Of a DNA stretch of 64,000 nucleotides, positions 58,490 to 64,000 are shown piece by piece. The first letter of the stretch is position 1; each line of letters starts with the position of its first letter. Position numbers and translations under genes: made by a program. The DNA is taken from assembly GCA_965203805.1 (NCBI GenBank), contig OZ241917.1, positions 2,176,001 to 2,240,000 of the forward strand. Direction: 5' to 3'. The notes beneath the pieces were generated by a model. That model had not been told where the DNA came from. It searched no databases and saw nothing but the letters and a program-made list of their open reading frames with translations. This stretch comes from Candidatus Latescibacterota bacterium. Lineage in GTDB: Bacteria; Latescibacterota; UBA2968; GCA-2709665.

Positions 58490-58492
58490 CCG

Positions 58493-59563
58493 TTGAACAA
58501 ACGCCTGCAGAAAATCTTCCGCGACGTCCTCTCTCTGCCCACGGCGCCTTTTTACGAAGACGCCGTTGCGGCATACATCCGGACCTTCGCCAGGCGGCGG
58601 CGGATCCCGGTCCACGCGGACCGGTACGGTAACGTCGTCCTTCACTACAAGCATGGCGATCAACCGGAACCGGTCGCGCTTACCGCCCACATGGACCACC
58701 CCGGGTGCGAGATCGTCGATGGCGGCGGCCGGGACCTCACCGCCCGCTGGCTGGGGGCGTGCGACCCCCGCCATTTTCCCGGCGGGCGTGTCACCATCGT
58801 CTCGGGCGGCGACGAGATATCCGGCAGAGCGGTGTCCCCGCTGGGCGATGACAAGGTCTTTTCATTGCGCGCCGCACGTCCGCTTCCGCAACCCGACGGC
58901 GCGTACGGCTACTGGCGGCTCAGGCCCGTTGCGTTCGACGGCGACGTCATCCGGACCAAAGGCGCGGATAACCTGGCAAGCTGCGCCGCTATCCTGGCCG
59001 TGATGGACAGGTTGCGACGGGAGAAAGCAAACGCCGACCTTCTGGGCGTTTTCACGCGCGCCGAGGAAGTCGGCCTGCTCGGCGCCGGCGGTATCGTGCG
59101 TGCACGGACCGTCCCCAGGCAGGTGCCGATTATCGTGCTCGAGACCAGCAAGGCCCTTCCCGGAGCCGAAATCGGCGGCGGCCCGGTCATCCGTGTGGGC
59201 GATGCGATGAGCGTATTCGATCCACGGGTCGAATACGCCATACACAGCACCGCACGAGACCTCGGAAAGACAAAGCGGAGTTTCAAATTCCAGCGCCAGC
59301 TGATGAGCGGCGGGGTCTGCGAAGCCACCCTGTACGTTCTGTACAATATGGTTGTGGGCGCCCTTGCCTTCCCCCTTGGCAACTACCACAATATGGGCAG
59401 ACGCTGGCCGGAGGAAGAATTCATCTCCGCGTCCGACGCCGTCCACATGGTCGACCTCTGCCATGCGCTGGCTGTCGACCCGCCCGTCGGAGAAACAAGA
59501 AACCCTATGAAGAAACGCTTTTCCGCCTCGTTCAAATCCAGGGGGAAACGCCTGCTCGGTTAG
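58493..59563 (+). CDS. M42/M28-type metallopeptidase
   Basis: AHMDH, ADN, AEEVG and NYHN motifs. Confidence 0.82.
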   Translation: MNKRLQKIFRDVLSLPTAPFYEDAVAAYIRTFARRRRIPVHADRYGNVVLHYKHGDQPEPVALTAHMDHPGCEIVDGGGRDLTARWLGACDPRHFPGGRVTIVSGGDEISGRAVSPLGDDKVFSLRAARPLPQPDGAYGYWRLRPVAFDGDVIRTKGADNLASCAAILAVMDRLRREKANADLLGVFTRAEEVGLLGAGGIVRARTVPRQVPIIVLETSKALPGAEIGGGPVIRVGDAMSVFDPRVEYAIHSTARDLGKTKRSFKFQRQLMSGGVCEATLYVLYNMVVGALAFPLGNYHNMGRRWPEEEFISASDAVHMVDLCHALAVDPPVGETRNPMKKRFSASFKSRGKRLLG

Positions 59564-59609
59564 CAGGTGTCTCTTCCCGCAGACAGCCTGACCGCGGTCC
59601 CTTGAACCC

Positions 59610-60875
59610 ATGCCATCCTACCTGCACACCCTGCGCCTGTTCAACCGCGACGTCCGGCTGTATCTCGCCGCAACGATCCTCTTCGGTTTCAGCCTTTTCG
59701 GGGGCATTACCTCCCTTCTGCTCAACCTGTACCTGCTTCGTCTGGGATACGGACCCACCTTCGTCGGGTGGGTAAACGCCACCGGCGCGTTCTCCTTTGC
59801 AATTTTCAGTCTGCCGGCCGGGTTCATGGGGGCCCGGTGGGACCCGCGTGTCGTCATGATCGCGGGAATCGGCATCGCCATCGCCGGAAATGGCCTTCTT
59901 TCTCAAGCCGAACTCGTGTCCGCCGGCGCCAGGGACGTGTTCGTTCTGGCCACCAACGCGCTGGGACTGCTGGGTGTGGCCCTCTACATCGTCAACGGCG
60001 CCCCGTACCTGATGGGCGTTACCGGATCGCGGGAACGCAACCACGTTTTCTCCATGCAGGGCGCACTCTTTCCACTCGCCGGCTTCTTCGGAAGTCTCGT
60101 GGGCGGCATCCTCCCGGGCCGGATCGCCTGGCTGATGGACCTCGCACCCTACAATCCCGCACCCTTCCGCTACACGCTGCTCGCCGCTTCCGCCCTGCTC
60201 ATTCCGGCTCTGTTCCTTCTCGTCGCCATGCAGAAACCTCAGATCCGGCAGCCGCGTGAACGCGCGGAAGCATCCGATGCGCCGTTTCCGCTTGGGCTTA
60301 TCGCGCTGATCGCACTCACTTCCCTTCTGCACGTTGCCGGAGAGGGCGCCGTTCGTACCTTCTTCAATGTCTATCTGGACGCCGGGCTGCGCGTACCCAC
60401 CTCTCTGATCGGCACGATCATGGCCACCGGGCAGCTGCTCGCCGTGCCGGCCGCACTGATGCTGCCGTTCTTCACAAGGCGTTTCGGCAATCAGCCCACG
60501 GTTGTACTGGCCGCCCTCTGCACACCCCTTATGCTGATTCCAATGGCCTTCATCCCGCACTGGGTTCCAGCAGGGTTCTGCTTCATGAACATCGTGGCTC
60601 TGGCCGCCATCCGGCGCCCGGCCTTCGTCGTTTACAACCAGGAGATCGTGTCCCCGCGCTGGCGCGCGACCATGTCCGGCGCTTCCTCTATGATGGCGGG
60701 CATCGGCTATTCCGTGATCGCGATGGGCGGCGGCTACATCATCTCCACCGCGGGGTATCGCGCGCTGTACCTTTCCAGCGCGGCATTCACCGCGCTCGGC
60801 ACGCTTGTTTTCTGGGCTTACTTCCGCACCCCTCGGGGCGAATTTGCCCGGCAGGCATCAAGAAACCCTTCCTGA
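59610..60875 (+). CDS. MFS transporter
   Basis: 12-TM pattern; LLNLYLLRLG and ERNHVFS. Confidence 0.9.
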   Translation: MPSYLHTLRLFNRDVRLYLAATILFGFSLFGGITSLLLNLYLLRLGYGPTFVGWVNATGAFSFAIFSLPAGFMGARWDPRVVMIAGIGIAIAGNGLLSQAELVSAGARDVFVLATNALGLLGVALYIVNGAPYLMGVTGSRERNHVFSMQGALFPLAGFFGSLVGGILPGRIAWLMDLAPYNPAPFRYTLLAASALLIPALFLLVAMQKPQIRQPRERAEASDAPFPLGLIALIALTSLLHVAGEGAVRTFFNVYLDAGLRVPTSLIGTIMATGQLLAVPAALMLPFFTRRFGNQPTVVLAALCTPLMLIPMAFIPHWVPAGFCFMNIVALAAIRRPAFVVYNQEIVSPRWRATMSGASSMMAGIGYSVIAMGGGYIISTAGYRALYLSSAAFTALGTLVFWAYFRTPRGEFARQASRNPS

Positions 60876-60887
60876 AGGAGACCCGCG

Positions 60888-61781
60888 ATGGAATATCGAA
60901 CCCTCGGAAAGACCGGACTGCGCGTTTCGGAAATCGGATACGGCGCAGCGCAGGTCGGCAATATGAACCTGTCCGAAACCCTCGTGGACCGCGCCCTCAA
61001 CGCGGTTCTGGACGCGGGCATCAATTTCATCGACACGGCCGCGATGTACGGCGTGAGCGAAGAACGGATCGGGCGGTATGTCTCTCATAGACGGGACGAA
61101 TTCATCCTGGCCACGAAGTGCGGCGACTACGTGGGGGAGTCCGATGGCGAACGTCGGATCGTGCGGGACTACAGCCGGGAGGGCATCCTGCGTACGATCG
61201 ACGAGAGTCGAAGAAAACTGAACATGGACGTGATCGATATCGTACAGTTTCACGGGCTGCCGGATCCGGACGACGACGACGAGGTGGCCTTCGAGGCCCT
61301 TCTGGACGCCAGGGAAAGAGGCTGGACTCGGTTTGTTGGCGTGTCGGCAGACGGACCGAGGGCCGCGGCGGCGGCGCGGCGCTGGGCTCTGGACACCCAG
61401 GAATTCACCTACAACATTCTTTACCAGGAATCCGCCGAGGATCTCATGCCGACGTTGAAGGCGCAGCGGATGGGCACCATCATCAAGCGGCCCATTTCCA
61501 ATGCCGTTTGGCAACTGAACGAACGTCCCGAAGGCGACTATATGGGCGGCCCCTGGGACCGGGCGCAATCCATACCTCTGGCCGACCTGGCGGGCGGGAT
61601 GCCCATCCTCGAATTCGTGCTGCGTTTCACGCTTTCGCATCCGGACGTCTGCACCGCCATCATCGGCTCTACCCGTCCCGACCATATCCGAGCCAACGTC
61701 GACGTCTCCGACGGGCGCGAACTGCCCGACGACGTCGTGCGGGAAGCCAGAGCGGCGTTTCGGGCGAAATTCGGCGACTGA
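60888..61781 (+). CDS. Aldo/keto reductase
   Basis: RTLGKTGLRVS, IDTAAMYG and LATKCG motifs. Confidence 0.93.
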   Translation: MEYRTLGKTGLRVSEIGYGAAQVGNMNLSETLVDRALNAVLDAGINFIDTAAMYGVSEERIGRYVSHRRDEFILATKCGDYVGESDGERRIVRDYSREGILRTIDESRRKLNMDVIDIVQFHGLPDPDDDDEVAFEALLDARERGWTRFVGVSADGPRAAAAARRWALDTQEFTYNILYQESAEDLMPTLKAQRMGTIIKRPISNAVWQLNERPEGDYMGGPWDRAQSIPLADLAGGMPILEFVLRFTLSHPDVCTAIIGSTRPDHIRANVDVSDGRELPDDVVREARAAFRAKFGD

Positions 61782-61810
61782 ATCGGGTCGCCGATTTCAA
61801 TGCCTCACCT

Positions 61811-61840
61811 GCCCGGTATTTATCTGCCGGGCGTTTTTAT
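61811..61840 (+). terminator. Intrinsic terminator
   Basis: gcccggta / tgccgggc stem followed by gttttt. Confidence 0.7.
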
Positions 61841-61895
61841 TTGTCTGATATTTAGAGGGTTATCGTCAGATACACGGAATTTTCGAATTTTCCCA

Positions 61896-61924
61896 TTGAC
61901 ATATGACCATTCGAAATGTATTAT
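61896..61924 (+). promoter_or_regulatory. Sigma70-type promoter
   Basis: TTGACA-17 bp-TATTAT. Confidence 0.75.
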
Positions 61925-62074
61925 AGAGCGGGCGATAATTTTAGTAATAAAACAATAATTATATATACTCAATTATCGACTGCTTTGCGAACCGGCTGGT
62001 GCAGCTTGAGACCGACGCGCAGCGCGCAGGAGCTGCAGGGGACGCGCACGTTTCACTCAAGGGAGGGCTATCCC

Positions 62075-62470
62075 GTGGATGAGTCCCGCATTCTGGCGAA
62101 CAACAACGAGAACGGGCAACCCACGTGTATCTATCGATGCGGCAAGGGGGGCATCCATGTCTTTTACGGATACGTGAACATCGGCATGCCGCCGGAGCAC
62201 TTTCGCCGGTTTACGGAGGCGGTGGTTGGCGTCCTGAATCGCATTACGGACGGCGATTGGGACGGATACGTGACCCTCCACTACGGCACGACCGCGCTCA
62301 TTCTGCCGCAGGAGGAGTTCATACCGTTCGCCGTTACGATCCGCGAGGCCGCCAAAGCCCTCGAGGTTCCTGAGGCGGGCGACAAGACGAGGCCCCGCAG
62401 ACCTGAGGCCGTTCCGGACCACTTCTGCGACCCTGTCTTTCAGCCGTACGATGGAAACCGTTTGAACTGA
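62075..62470 (+). CDS. Hypothetical protein with internal duplication (DUF6686-like)
   Basis: GTG start with SD gggagg; IHVFYGYVNIGMPPEHFRRF aligns with VTLHYGTTALILPQEEFIPF. Confidence 0.6.
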   Translation: MDESRILANNNENGQPTCIYRCGKGGIHVFYGYVNIGMPPEHFRRFTEAVVGVLNRITDGDWDGYVTLHYGTTALILPQEEFIPFAVTIREAAKALEVPEAGDKTRPRRPEAVPDHFCDPVFQPYDGNRLN

Positions 62471-62562
62471 AATGTCAGAAGTCAGTGGACGATACCTCGG
62501 GCGAAGCCGGACCCGTACCGGGAAAATTTGACGCACTTTGATGACGTTTGAGGAAATTCGGG

Positions 62563-62591
62563 TTGACATATAAGTCATCGAAGTGTATTAT
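62563..62591 (+). promoter_or_regulatory. Sigma70-type promoter
   Basis: TTGACA-17 bp-TATTAT, with a spacer similar to the promoter at 61896. Confidence 0.72.
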
Positions 62592-62970
62592 CTTATTTTC
62601 ATAAATTTTATATATATAACAGTTGACAATCCTACGAAATGACCGGCGGATATGCTTAATGTTTGCCCGGTATGCAAATAATCGGGCGTGTTCATCCGGG
62701 ACTTTCGCCATTTCAGCAGTCTTGCGCTCCCCTCGCGTGGTTCTGTACGGATCACCGAACGTCTAACCTTGATTCGTCATTATTCGGGGACGTTAATTCG
62801 AAAATGTGCCTGTGAATAAAGGCGATTTAACTGCTGATTTCCATGATCCTTCAGGTCACTGGACGTGAACGGAAAAAATGTCCTTCCAGACGACCTTTTC
62901 GGCCCGTTTCGGAAGGTTTCGTCGCAGCGACCCGTGGCTGTTTTTGTCGAATTAAGGCTAAGGAGAGCCG

Positions 62971-63864
62971 ATGTTCGGACGGACAATATTGATTCTATTG
63001 GGGCATATCCTCGCGGTAGCCCCGTTTGCTCGGGCCGGTTTCGAAGACGGCGACGGCGGTCGCTCCACCGCCTCGCGCGTCGTATCCGTCGGCGGATCGC
63101 TGACTGAAATCGTCTATGCCCTGGGCGCGACTGACGCGCTCGTGGGAACGGACACGTCCAGCGGGTATCCGGAAGCGGCTACCCGGCTGCCCCAGGTGGG
63201 GTATCAACGGCGGCTCTCTGCCGAGGGAGTGCTGTCGCTCAACCCGACGCTGGTGCTGGCCACCGCCGACGCCGGCCCGCCCGCCGCGATGGAGCAGATC
63301 CGCTCAGCCGGAGTGCCGGTAATGACGGTGCCGAGCGCGCGAACGCCCGAAGGAATCAAGCAGAAGATCCGCACGGTGGCCCGGGCGCTCGGGCGCGAGG
63401 AAAAGGGAGAGGAATTGGCGCGGATCCTGGACGCGGACCTGCTCCTGGCGAAAGCCTACCTGGCCGGAGCCAATATGAAACCGAGGGTTCTATTCATCTA
63501 TGCCCGCGGCCAGGGCACGATGATGGTGTCGGGATCCGGCACGTCGGCGCACACGATGATTCAACTGTCGGGTGCGGAGAATGCGGTTTCCGGATATGAC
63601 AATTACAAACCGCTTACCGCCGAAGCTGTGGTGGCCGCCGGGCCCGACGTGATTCTCATGCTTTCGTCGGGGCTCGAAAGCCTTGGCGGCGTGGACGGCC
63701 TCCTGAAAGCGCCCGGGGTCGCGCTTACCCCGGCCGGTAAGAATCGCCGGATCGTGGCGATGGACGGACTCTATCTGCTAGGATTCGGCCCGCGAACGGG
63801 AAAAGCCGTACTGGAACTGGCTCGAGAATTCCATTCGGAGACGTGTGTTTCCAGGGATCAATAA
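62971..63864 (+). CDS. hmuT: Heme-type ABC transporter substrate-binding protein
   Basis: GGSLTEIVYALG, DTSS.YP, VGYQRRLSAEG and LLGFGPR motifs. Confidence 0.88.
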   Translation: MFGRTILILLGHILAVAPFARAGFEDGDGGRSTASRVVSVGGSLTEIVYALGATDALVGTDTSSGYPEAATRLPQVGYQRRLSAEGVLSLNPTLVLATADAGPPAAMEQIRSAGVPVMTVPSARTPEGIKQKIRTVARALGREEKGEELARILDADLLLAKAYLAGANMKPRVLFIYARGQGTMMVSGSGTSAHTMIQLSGAENAVSGYDNYKPLTAEAVVAAGPDVILMLSSGLESLGGVDGLLKAPGVALTPAGKNRRIVAMDGLYLLGFGPRTGKAVLELAREFHSETCVSRDQ

Positions 63865-63865
63865 C

Positions 63866-64000
63866 GTGGACGTCACCGACGAGCTTTCGTCCGGTCCTAT
63901 ACCGAAGCCGTCGGAAGCGGGCATCGTTGCAGACCGCCCGGACCGGCGCAGGAAACGCGCGGTTGCGGTACTTGCAGGGTTGGGCGTTCTGCTGGCCGCA
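63866..64000 (+). CDS. Probable FecCD/HmuU permease (5' part, runs off the window)
   Basis: GTG 1 bp after the hmuT stop; basic patch followed by the first TM helix. Confidence 0.6.
   Translation, partial: MDVTDELSSGPIPKPSEAGIVADRPDRRRKRAVAVLAGLGVLLAA

Noticed and set aside
8000-62000. Many long overlapping ORFs (e.g. 14426-15790 +, 54592-56469 -, 57053-58774 -)
   Set aside because: Stop-poor antisense or alternative frames typical of GC-rich genes; they lie over well-supported CDSs.
62780-62930. Cobalamin riboswitch upstream of the ABC transporter
   Set aside because: gtcactg is present, but the other B12-box elements are not, and the binding protein looks heme-type.

Overview
The window has a GC-rich core of catabolic and housekeeping genes (enolase-superfamily enzymes, SDR/AKR/Gfo oxidoreductases, PhyH dioxygenases, a sulfatase, kbl, pdxJ, mmsA, queF and a heme-type ABC transporter) and two AT-richer accessory zones. 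Zone 1 (about 1-8,000) is a decayed mobile/defence island. It holds two IS630 elements (one hit by a 293-bp MITE and by a palindrome-associated in-frame deletion), a radC fragment, a doubly broken putAbiC-like gene, a HEPN-like gene, a holin-like gene and an unannotated 31-aa basic peptide. Zone 2 (about 23,400-39,600) encodes two membrane-anchored beta-repeat proteins with dockerin-like tails, an S8 protease with cohesin- and dockerin-like modules, an IS256, a 4.1-kb IS1595 cargo transposon carrying a RelE-like toxin module, and a frameshifted TM-PLD-like gene. The strongest candidates for undescribed systems are a tandem QueF pair in which one copy has lost the catalytic Cys and Asp, the beta-repeat/dockerin plus protease/cohesin surface system, and a GH3 acyl-ligase plus variant enolase operon facing a P450. 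Gene content suggests a Latescibacterota/Poribacteria-like lineage, possibly host-associated; this is inference only. No CRISPR array, rRNA or tRNA was found. All family calls come from motif recognition by eye, not from database searches.
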